DNA of 41,745 nucleotides from Trypethelium eluteriae (Eukaryota), in the NCBI GenBank assembly GCA_051942245.1, contig JAVECL010000157.1, positions 1 to 41,745 on the forward strand. Reading direction: 5' to 3'. Position 1 is the first letter of the stretch, and every line of letters starts with the position of its first letter. Position numbers and translations under genes: made by a program. This document shows positions 21,101-31,935 of this stretch, piece by piece. The notes beneath the pieces are model-generated. The model was given only the letters and a program-made list of their open reading frames with translations, was not told the DNA's origin and searched no databases.

Positions 21101-22844
21101 GTCTCGGCTTTGAAGTCGCAAATGCGCTGCCGGACAAACTTTAGAATGTCGTCTTCATTATCAGTTGCAGAAATGCGCACGTTGGCACTCTGTTCTAAGC
21201 GGGACAAGCCAGGGTCCTCTCGACTCGAGATGATGATCTTGACTTGAAGGTGGGACTTGATCAGAAAATCGATCACATCTAGTAAACTCTTTTTAGACTC
21301 TTCCGAGCACTCATCCAGGGCATCAAGGATCAAGAGCACCTCTCCGCTAACGTCTATGATACTTTCCAACATCTCTTTGCAATCCTGGATGGATAGGCTT
21401 TCTATGCCCGAATCAGGGCCTTTGCGCCTATACGTATCCATGATTTCGGGTGTTAGAACACAACACGAGCTCGCTAACTGCTTGATTGGGCTGCGAAGAA
21501 TGAAAACAGAGGACCTTCTATCATCATTATCGCTTCTGCAGTAAAAGAAGGCCACTTGGCAAGTAAATTGGACAATGTGTCTGCTTCCACCACTCTCATC
21601 TTTGCCCTTTGTTTCGTAGTCAGGCCCATACCCCGTTTGACCAACAGCAGAGGCACTCTCTACCAACTGAGGTTTGAACCGATCGACAAGCGTACTGATC
21701 AGCTTGGTCTTACCAGCTCCGGCTATCCAGATATTAGCTACGAACCTGTAGATAATTCACACTAGAAAAACTTACGAATACCGTGAATCCACAGGATACA
21801 TGGGTTTCCAGAGGTCAAGAAGGTCTCGTACTCTTTTCTGCGAAAGATCCAGCCTCCCGTCTTAGCAGTGCGTCCATCTCTTGCATTTAGGTGATATTCA
21901 ATATAGGGGAGATTTGATAGCCATTTAAGCACAGCAAGGTGCCTCCTAGGTCGATTTTCGATGAGACTCTTGAGCTCGCCTAATTCCTGGAATATTGCGA
22001 CCATATCGCCTTGAATACCTATCTGAAACATTGTAGCAGCCTCATCTTGCATATCCTTTTGGATTTGAATTGTGTCTCTCTCGAAGTTGGTGATAGCATC
22101 GGGCTCCCATACAGAAGACCAGGTGCGGTACCAAGCTCCGCCCGTATAGTGGCGGTAAGCCGAAGCATAGAAAAGAAGAGTTTGTTCGTACATTTTCACC
22201 AAAAATCTTTCAAAGTTCTTGATATTTTCTGTGTCGAGGGCGGGTCGAGAATTGCGAAGCTGACGCTCGTAAACACGTCCTCGACTCATAACGATGATGG
22301 CCTTCCCGAGACCCTCCGCTACCCTCGCTGCATTTTCGGCCTTTTTGACAGGGATCTAAGGACCTTTAATCAGATTTGAGAAGGGATTGTGGACAACTCC
22401 GAGGCTGCCTCAACTGAAACCTACCCGAAAAAACACCTTCGCAATAGACCAGCCGAGATTTGCCCTCGCATCGACGCCAGCGACAGCATCTCCAAGTTCC
22501 TCGACTCTCTTCAAGACGTCAATGGCATCATCCCACAGTTCATGTAATACTATCTCTTTTTGACCCACGTGGATTTTCCACTGCTTCTTTTTGTATTTCT
22601 TCTTAGACCTTTGGCACAATTTCAGGAGTTGGTTGGGCAACGACTCGGCGTCCGTGTTAACTTTGAAGTCAGTTCCATCGTCGGAGACCGTTTGTTCATC
22701 AGAATCCACCTGGTCATGGGAATTGGCTAGGTCGAGGAATTTTTGCAGCTTCTCGCTGGTTTCGTGAGGGAGACGTTGAAAGGCTTTCTCCCAGTAGGTA
22801 GCCTTGGTAGAAGATTCGGCGGCTTTGGTTTTAGCACTAGACAT
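18195..22844 (-). pseudogene. Fungal NLR-like gene (Goodbye/NACHT_N-like helical N-terminus, NACHT, ankyrin repeats) with one in-frame TAG at 18896-18894; truncated allele or recent pseudogene; exons 22844-22425, 22355-21776, 21722-21014, 20946-18894(-18195)
   Basis: N-terminus YWEKAFQRL...KKQWKI...GDAVAGVD..ANLGWSIAK. RTAKTGGWIF, spliced Walker A LWIHGI|PGAGKTKL, Walker B LLILDALDEC, KIIISSR, SQGM|FQWA, VRFSHLSIQEY. Ankyrin repeats FGTVLIAA / FGTALIAACKLG / CGTALIAACS / YATALTAAL*CGSARLVSLLLDEGA. Confidence 0.85.
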
Positions 22845-23519
22845 GGTTTCCTGAAGATTGTGTGGAAGTGAAAGACATTGAAACCAATGTAGGTAGGGAG
22901 CCTCTCGCCTACGCAAGGCAGAAACGGTGTGGTTGTTTCGTAGACAACCAGATTTCTTGGATTGTTGATGCACGACACATAGTCGATGCGGCTGCTACAA
23001 ATAGAGGTTTCTTGTAGTGTCACTGCGACTCAGGTCTTGAAACATGCTGAAATATATAATAGATGACTTTCCGAACGAAGCCTCTGCAAGGTACAGATCA
23101 GGCTGAAGACGCACGTGAGTGGCGCTGGACGCTTTGTATGCGGTACCTCTTATGTATATGCACCACCACGTAAGCCACATCTCATTCTGTAGACGAACAG
23201 AAGCTCTGATAAAATACTTACTGAGATAATATGGGGTAATTATTAGCCTTTCACACGTGAAAATTACCGGATTGGGACATGGGAGTGGGAGCAAAATGGA
23301 CCCCTGCTAATCAGCGTGAACCGAGTGCTGTGCGCAGTCTTCTGTCTCAGTAAGACGCACACTCATTGGATAGAGTACTGGGGCCACTCGAATTCTTCAT
23401 CTAATACACATTAATGGCATTAATGGAAAACCTCTCCAGACACCCCCCAAACCTGACCGGATATCTTATATAATAGCAAAGCCGCAATACCAAACTCAGC
23501 CTTTCCGTAATCGTTTCAT

Positions 23520-25282
23520 TCACACATCTTTCCTGAGATAGTGTTAAGATGATGTAGAAGCCACGATTCCGGGGGCAGGGCTCACCAAGTCATGCCACTC
23601 TTCTCCACATGTGGAGTCTTCACAGCGTTCTGATCTCCGAACGGATCATTCTCATCTGCAAGCTCCTCCACAAGTTCTTCCTCACTCTCATCGTCTACCG
23701 GGGCCTTGAAACTGGGCATCGGTGGCATCGGCATGCTTCCAGGCCTCGGCGGTTTAGCCGGAGGCGCCTCATTCAAGCTAAGACCAGCCAGTGCTTTCTC
23801 CGCATCTTTACGAGTTGGTTTGTTCATCCTCCCAGCGCCTAGGTCAAGCTCGGCTTCACTATCGCTATCATCACTGATGCTTTTATCCATGATCTCGAAA
23901 GCCATGAGAGCTTTGACAAGCTCATCGTTTGCGCTGATGAGACTTCCGATCCATTCGTCTGATTCAACAGCTTGAATGTAGTGTAAAACTTGACGGCGGA
24001 GGGTTTTGCACTGCTCAAATCGATTCATGACCTCGGGATCGTCGTTCGCGCGGCTGTGTTCGCGATTGACGAGCTTTAAGGCGTTGAGGAGGTTTGTGCT
24101 GGCAACTGAAGCAGAAGCAATAGTCTCGAGAAGTTGAGGCTTCTCCTTGGCGATATCAACAGGTTTGACTTTAACCTTCTTGTCCTTTTTGAATATCGAT
24201 GAACTGCTCTTCGATGGCGCGGTCGAAAATGCCGAGGGACGTGACGATGATGCAGATGGAGTAGAGGGAGAGTTCAGGGATCCAGAGCGGGCGGACCGTG
24301 GAAAGCTAGGTGAGGCCGGGCTGTTTGGGGTCGAAGTACTCTCGGCATCCATCTCCGTCTCGCGGATCACTTTTGACTGTTGTGGTAATGGCCTTTTAGT
24401 TCGTGGCAGCTCCTTGTAGAGCGTCGATATACCTTGCAAGCCGGGCGTAGACTTGTATGCATGTGCCCATTGGCGAAACATGACATTGGACTTTGCTCGA
24501 ACTTCGGCATCTACCATGTCATCCTTCGCTAGAATGCGTAGACGTTCAAGCAGAGGTTCGTCGGCAAATGTTCGTTGGAAGCGGCTCCCTCCATTCTGTA
24601 TGAGGCCATCCAGAATCGTCAGCGCGCGTAATTGACGGTGCACGCTTCCGTATTTCCTAGAGCTCTCTTGTAAGAAATCCTGTGAGCCACAGCATAGCTA
24701 AACACTATCTACTTACAGCTTCTTGCGAAGGGCCCTCGCCGCCTCTGTTGGGCCGGAGTCTTGGAGTCTGATCACTTCAATGAGGTCCACAATGCCACCG
24801 ATGTCGTTCTCCTCATATTGATCACTAGTAAGTTGATCAATCTGAACGGTAATGGCTGTGTACGGTTTTCTCTGTTTGAGTACCCATTGTCTTAGTACCT
24901 CCCGTAAATATCGCAATTTACATGATGGACAAGCATATTGCAATTTGGGCACACGGCAAGGACGTTTGATATACGAAGGCTCAGAAGAAAAGGTTGAAAC
25001 TTGTGATATCTTTCTTTTGTGTGAAGAAATATGGATGTCTGGCTTCTCGGAGTATGGAGGTGGCTTGCCAAGCGAAGAGCTCAATCGAGAGGAGTGGTAT
25101 TTCGGTGGGTTTGAGCCAAGCTCAGCAGGATCATATGGGCAAGGGTAGTTCATACATCGAATAACGAACGTCATGATAGGGTCCCGAGATATGGATATCA
25201 ATAATGCAACGCAACGTCGAAAAGTAGGGAAGTTTGAAAGTGGAAGAAATGGACTTGATGAACTTACCGAGCCGCCAAACAT
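23520..25282 (-). CDS. LSB5: VHS-GAT endocytic adaptor Lsb5; exons 25282-25268, 24871-24717, 24656-23586, 23532-23520
   Basis: MFGGS|RKPYTAITVQIDQLTS...GPTEAARALRKKL|KYGSVHRQLRALTILDGL (VHS), ASTNLLNALKLVNRE...WIGSLISANDELV (GAT), DENDPFGD motif, spliced end GMTW|KDV*. Confidence 0.9.
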
Positions 25283-26698
25283 ATCTGTCAGTCCAAGTTT
25301 GGGTCGTGCTTAGACTACAAGCAGTCCCGCTGACTTGGTGAGCAAGCGACGAGTGCGGAGCAGTCCAGATTAGTTACCGGTTTGAGGGGGCGGATGAGAG
25401 CCTTGTTAGTCCAATGAGACAGCAGCGGCGAAAGTGGCGAAGCGTGATGATTCGCAAAGGCTGCCGGACTTTGCTCGAACTGTGGTTTGTAGCTAGCCTG
25501 GCGTCTCTGGCCGTGGGCGCAGAGGTGGGGAGGCGTGGAGGATGCACACCAACGGCACGCCGCAGTGAGGACGAACAATCTCAAGGTTTCGTGATCCTGT
25601 GATGTGGCTAAAAGCTCCAGTGGGGCAACAGGGCCTCGGTGAGGATTTGGTAGCTGCCAGTCGTTCACAAAATTTCAAGGTGGAGGAAAGCCGAAAACAG
25701 TGCTAGAGTACCTTTTCTGCATGGAAGAATGCGATAGGCTCGGTATCTAAAAAAACAGGAATATCTTCCTTGTGAAACGTGGGGAGCCGACCTGGAAAGC
25801 TTGCACCCAGCACGAGAGCACGGCCTGGCCCGTTCGGTAGGCGTCAATGAATGCCAATTATGACGTATACGAGAGGTTGAGTTCTTCAGGGATTCCGTTC
25901 CCAGTCCGAAGGTCGGGTTGGAGATAACTATATGTTCCAGCGGCCCCCAGCTTACCTCCTAGGAGCTAAATCACAAATAGGCGTATCATTCCACTGGCCA
26001 GATTGTAGTCAATCATTGTCCTAGTTTTGCAGGAGATAGGTGTGTGCTCTGGTTTATCGGCTAACGAAGCCGAACGAATCCCGAATATTTCATCCTAGAA
26101 ATACCAGTGCCCTGTTCTGTTTCAAGACCTCGGTACATCTTCATATGATACAATCTAAACATTCCAACTCTCAATGCTTAACAATAGCTAGGTACAAGAG
26201 CTTAGATTTGGGGAAGATGCGAAGTGCACGCGGCGCAACGGTCTGTGATACGTCATCTGAACCAAAGCCAGAATGTGTTTAGTAGAGCTCGACGTGCTTG
26301 TTCGAGGCTCGCATTTTCAATGAAGCTGACATAGTAATCACAGGATGGTCGACTCAAGCCAACATTGGGTAAATGGGTTCTCTTCCATCAACCAGGACCA
26401 ATCTCAACATCAGCGAGATGGACTGCTTCAACAAGCTCATCGAAAACGAATAGAAGGCAACGATTAGCCCCCTTCAAGCCGTAGATCTTGGGTTACTGCT
26501 TATTTAGGCTTGAGCAACAGTCGCACTGAGCTCAGCTCCTTTGCAACACATTTTCGTCCCACTGCACGGGGATCAAAAAGGAAGCAAAACAATAGGAGTG
26601 AGAACTTGAACTCTATTGGGTATAGTGGGCCTCAAAACGCACGTAGAGTCTTAACAGCATCACTTTGCATGAGCAAGCTATCCTCGCAGCCAGCTAAA

Positions 26699-27227
26699 AT
26701 GAAAGAGGAAATTATGTCACAGTCTACGCAAGACGAGACAAAAGGTAGCACCAAAGCGACAGCCTTTATTCCATCCTGCCTTGGGACTCCGGTATATTCC
26801 AGCATGATAGAGTTGAATGCTTCTTGGTATCGTTCTCACCAATCTACCCACATAACGAATTTCAACTCTCCCGTCGTACCTCAAGACAATTCCTCATCTT
26901 TCTTGCATCCAACTTCCCCCAAGCTTGCCGAGCCTCAGTAAAGGGATGGTTTAAGCGTCCATCTAGATCTGTCCTCAGATGCAGCTCTATCACGAAACAG
27001 TACGTTCGAGGTTTCGGGCGTCAGCGGCTTTCCGAATCATCAAATGACAGATAAGCCGCAGCTAGATGGTGGGAGGAAAAGTGAGCCTTGAAACAACGGT
27101 ACTCTTTGCCGCTGCGTCGGAAAAATAAAGCGAGAAGATCGAGAATGGAGACTCCAGATTCTCAATATCTGGAAAGCTGACTGGGAGGATATTAGCTGGG
27201 TATGTTGCTGGCATCCTGTTTTCGTGA
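26699..27227 (+). pseudogene. Probable decayed remnant of an uncharacterised fungal gene
   Basis: A single frame reads ...HPTSPKLAEPQ*RDGLSVHLDL...SEP*NNGTLCRCVGKIKREDREWRLQILNIWKADWEDISW, then after a +1 shift YVAGILFS*. Protein-like composition with stops at 26939-26941 and 27089-27091. Family not identified and 5' limit uncertain. Confidence 0.4.
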
Positions 27228-27775
27228 AAAAGCAACCGTGTTTTCTTGCTTGGGTAGAAGTGCTGTGTGGCAGGTAGTGCTTGATGCCGATCATCTCACT
27301 ACGATGACTCGTATCTAGACACATAAATTACGAAATGGTTCTTCATCTATCATTTTTGCTTATTTGAGGATCAGGCATATCATTCAGTATTGTGGACAAG
27401 TCAACCTCGGAATGCCATCGGAGATTGCATTGTGGGGCCCATCTTATCGGTCCAGTACTCCGTAGGGTGCAATGCATTGCAGTAGCAATTAAGTAGACAT
27501 GGAAAGTACCGATACATAATGTCCAAACGGTAAGCTGGTATGTAGATCAAAAACCAGCGAGTATTTATAGACGTTGGAAAGGGAAAAATAGATAGCATAG
27601 CATAAAGATGATTACTGGGGGGGCCAGTCAGTACCTAACCCGATTGGTGCTCAAGGCGGCTCCATGCAGCGACGTCGCAGAGCGGCGTTCAAAGCTCATT
27701 CTCCTTCAAATTCGTCATGATCCTGTATGAGAATTGTCAGATATCTGTACTGCATATGACGACTGGACCGCCGGT

Positions 27776-29856
27776 ATGGAGGCTCCAAAGCGCCCGCGTT
27801 CTCCCTCAGTCTTGGCCTTGTCCAGCCCACCGTCGAAACCCAGGCTTGAGAGTCAGTTGACCAGCGGGCTGCACGCCTATTGCCATGACACTTCGCACGC
27901 GGACAAGACACTGGATGGGTCAATCTCACGGGAAAACGCTGCTGTGGCCAAATCGCCTAGGAAGCAACGTTCGGTTTCCGACTCCACATCAGTCCTCTCA
28001 CCCTCACCAAACTTTCGAGAATCGCGTCGAGTCTCTAAAGACGACCATGCCGTACCAACAGACCTCCCAGCACTACCAAGGACCCCCAGAAGATCAGACT
28101 TCTCGTCAAAAGGTCTCTCGTTGCAAATGCCCCCTAGTGAGCTCATGTCATTAAGCTCTACAAGCGCCAGAAGTCGCGGACCTCTGTCACCACAGCTTGA
28201 TACTCACGAGACATACGGCTCCCCCGCAACAGTTCTACCACGGCATTCTCGCGGTCTTGACTTCTCGCGCGCATGCACCAACCTTCATCATTCTACTCTC
28301 GCCGATCAATCTTCTCCCGACTCGTCCCCTACCGTTATACAAAAAAGTCTCATGATACCACCGCGAAAACCGGGCAGTAGTATGTCGCTAGACTCTCCGA
28401 GTATCGGTAGTAATTTAATGTGGCCTACATCTGGTAGCTTGGATAAGACTGCGGTGTCAAGCTCTCTGGGGAGTGTGAGCATGCTTGGCGCAGAGTCATC
28501 CAGTAGCAGCTCGGATGAGGACGAGCTCATGGATCAAGATGAAGGCAATGACATGATGACAACACCTCAAGCCCATAAGGCGATGAATCCAGGAGCAGCT
28601 ACTCCATTTCAGGCAATGGCGCTGTCAAGTCCGACAACAGCATGGTCTGGAAATTTTTCGCCAGCGACAGCAAGCCTTATGAATTATCAGCGGGCGCGTT
28701 TACGCCAACAACGGAGTAGGAAGAGCTCAAGCAGTGCGAGCGGGCAAAGTTCACTTGCAAGTCCCATCACCGCGTCCCCACCTCCGATGCGGGAGAGCGG
28801 CGGATACTTCAACAAAGATTATACCATGAGGTCTGGCGCTTCTCGGCGCGAAAGTATATCAATAGTAACAAACGAACTTCATATATCATCAGGCAATGAT
28901 AGTGGAGACGAGACGAACAGGCAGACCCCATCTACACCTGGGGTGGTCAGAAGACCGGTTACCAGGCGAGGTAATCTTCTAGTATGTCCATGTCGATCTT
29001 CGACATATAGCATTTCTAACTTTCACAGCCAAAAACAAAAGGATTTGCACGCATTCGGGCAACGCTTCTGGAAGAAAGTACACCCGTGGATAGTGAAGTT
29101 CGTCGCGAAGCAGAGATCGTTCGCCAAGTCAGGGAAAGTGAGGGAGATCGCGATCAAAATTTGCCCAACGGAAGCTCTTCACCTAACCTCACTCCCACAA
29201 TCCCGGAGTCTGCAGAAGGAGATTCTGTAGATGAAGACGGCATGCGGATTGATATCCCTACCACCGAGACTGACAATCCATTTGGTAACCTCGTGCGAGA
29301 TGCATCTATTCACTCGGATGCTAAGGTCTTCTGGAACAATCCTGATGGGGGTATGAGAACCCCGCCGATGCATCGCGGCAGTTCTTCCGCTGTCGGGGAG
29401 GACATTAATGCAGACTCACTCTCTTCCATTACAACTGGCCAAATTTCATCCGCAACCCCGGCTACACAGTCGATTGAAACATTTCAACGGGATGCCCAAG
29501 CAGGTACCCCTCAGCTACCTTCGTTACCGACCCCTGCAGAGATGGCAAAGAAAGTCAGCAAGAGAAGGAGAGATGATGATTTTGACGTGACTTCATTTAA
29601 GCGTCGTGCTGTATCCCCGGGCATGAGTGTCCAGAATAGCCCCATCTTAGCACAGTCACCCTCTCAGCGCGATGGCGGTTGGTGGCCTCAGTCAAAAGCT
29701 AGTCGAGAAGGGTCCTCTGAAGGGAAAGCCCAAGGCGAACGATCGAACAGTGCCTCAAGCATGACTTCATCCACACAGGTTCCAGGTCCTAAGAGGGTGG
29801 GAATGCAGGGGATGACTGATACTCACGACGGTTTGATGAAAATGAGTATAGAATGA
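27776..29856 (+). CDS. Uncharacterised Ser/Pro-rich fungal protein, likely conserved; exons 27776-28981 and 29029-29856
   Basis: Two long ORFs joined by a 47-nt GTATGT..CTAAC..CAG intron (VTRRGNLL|PKTKGFARIRATLLEE). Motif-like blocks RGLDFSRACTNLHHSTLA, EVRREAEIVRQVRE, FKRRAVSPGMS, DGLMKMSIE and many SP/TP sites. Confidence 0.85.
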
Positions 29857-30316
29857 AGTCGATTTCTGGCGCTTGGAGGTTACCCTCATTGATTTCAATG
29901 CCCAAATTCTAGCTTGGCGCTGGTGGAGATGCCCTACTTATGGGATTGCAAAAGGAGGTATCTAGTTAGGATTCTTGGCGGATATCGTTTTGTTGTATTT
30001 TGTTTGATAGGCATTCGTGAGGACATGAGCATCATCAAAATTTTACTTATATCCATGCAAACCTTTTGAATTTGCATATGAATGAATGTGGAATGTGGTA
30101 TCCTAATGATATTTTGTCGAATTAGATACCTATTTTAAATATATTAACAAAGCAGCGAGAGCACAAAACCGGTAACCATTCAGTACATGAACGTGATTGG
30201 GTAGTCTATCGATCCTTGTTAAGCCACTGCGGTAACTAGTAGCTCCACCTCGTCCCGAGAGGTACAACGACATACATCTCAAAAGCCCATCAACCGAGCA
30301 TAAACCGCGACCAAAC

Positions 30317-31418
30317 ATGGCTTCTAGCTCCTCAGCTATAGCATCATTTGTGGAGGCTGCTCCTCCAGGGGAGGTAGGTGAGTCGTTCAAGTGGATTCAC
30401 AGTCTCTTTGCGCTAATATTTCCATAGCTTCAGGATGTCGTCGCAGGCATGCAGTGTAGTCCCTGAACCAATACCACTTCCACTAACGGTGCTTCGTCTT
30501 AGACATCAAGACCCTTACTGGAGAAGATCCAAAGACCGCCAGCTCACTAGAGCCTGCGTTTCAGAAATACAATGAAGAGCAATTCACGACGGTGAAGCTG
30601 CCAGGGGCCAGTCAAGCGGTAGGCATTCATGAAGTTGTATTGAATTTGTTCGGGGAAAATTAAGCTGACAATATATTGAAGGTCATAATGAGTCCATACA
30701 ATGCGCTGGGAAATGCACGTTATTACGACACAGAGAGCCAGAGCTCATTCAAGTACGATTATAGTAGCCAGAATGCTTCAGACGTACAATCGTACCCCTT
30801 AGAGTCCAGCCACGCTGACCTAGTGTATGTCTGCCCTTTTAGTGCTTTGAATTTGCCAGCCTCTTTCTAATGTAAGCATAGTAAATCGCTTCTTAAATCA
30901 GTACCGGCTCAGGTGCAAGAGCACTATCCTTCGGCAACCCTTGGCGTCTTCCCTACAGAGAATGATTCGAGGATCGCGATTCTTGTGGTTGCAAACAAAT
31001 ACAGTCCAAACAATTTCTGGAATGGAAGGTGGCGGTCAAGCTATCTATACGATCCGTCCTCGGGTGCCCTCGATGCAACCATCAAGGTCGATGTACACTA
31101 CTATGAAGATGGCAATGTACGACTTCTAACCGACAGGCCAGTCTCTTCGAGTCTTTCACCGTCAGCATCGGCTACGGAAATTACCAGGCAAATCGCCATA
31201 ACGGAGAAAAAGTACCAGGAGGATCTCAACCGGGCATTCGGAACCCTGAATGAGGGAACGTTCAAGGGATTGAGAAGACAATTGCCTATTACACGGCAAA
31301 AAATCGAGTGGGATAAGATTAGCGGCTATAGAGTAAGTCCCTTGAATTCACAATTGCAAGAAATACTGACGATGCTATGAAGTTGGGTCAAGATATTGGT
31401 GGAGGACGCTCAAGGTAG
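30317..31418 (+). CDS. CAP1: F-actin capping protein alpha subunit; exons 30317-30373, 30428-30446, 30503-30618, 30682-30824, 30882-31332, 31383-31418
   Basis: SFVEAAPPGE|LQDVVA|DIKTL, KYNEEQFTTVKLPG, NKYSPNNFWNGRWRS, IKVDVHYYEDGNVRL, FKGLRRQLPITRQKIEWDKISGYR|LGQDIGGGRSR*. Confidence 0.95.
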
Positions 31419-31935
31419 AATATAGAATGAGGTCTTCATATTCAAGACACCAACGCTCTGCCTTGATTAGATTCGGATGACCTCTACTTGCTCATGAGAT
31501 AACTGTTTCCGCAGGTGAGAGAGATGCGGGAAACGAATACAAGACAGTGGAATGGCCCACGGGCGCTTCGAGCGTCCGCGGTAGGTAGATGATAGCTCTT
31601 AGCTCAAAAGCATATGCATGACTGTTGACTGATTCAATGTTGATATTTGGCGGCTGGCCTCGGGTCAGGATAGTTGCGTTCCGAACGCGTCACTACTCTG
31701 GAGTGCCTGCCTATCTCGGTGACTGAGGCCGTTCAATTGAATCTCACTTTCTCACCTTCACTTTCGCCTCCTCCACTACCTTTCCACTACCTTTCCACGT
31801 CCTTTCACTGCTACTTTTATCACCAATCCTACTTTCAAGATCCCGAAGCCTACTCAATGTAACAACCTATGCAAAAAGCCAGTAGCCTTCTGTTCTAGTG
31901 ACTACTCTTGAGCTTCGATCAGGGGCGTGTACACC

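Noticed and set aside
22425..22844. Amyloid signalling motif at the NLR N-terminus
   Set aside because: The N-terminus is a charged helical domain rather than a short G/N/Q-rich pseudo-repeat motif, and no HeLo/HET/gasdermin effector gene is adjacent.
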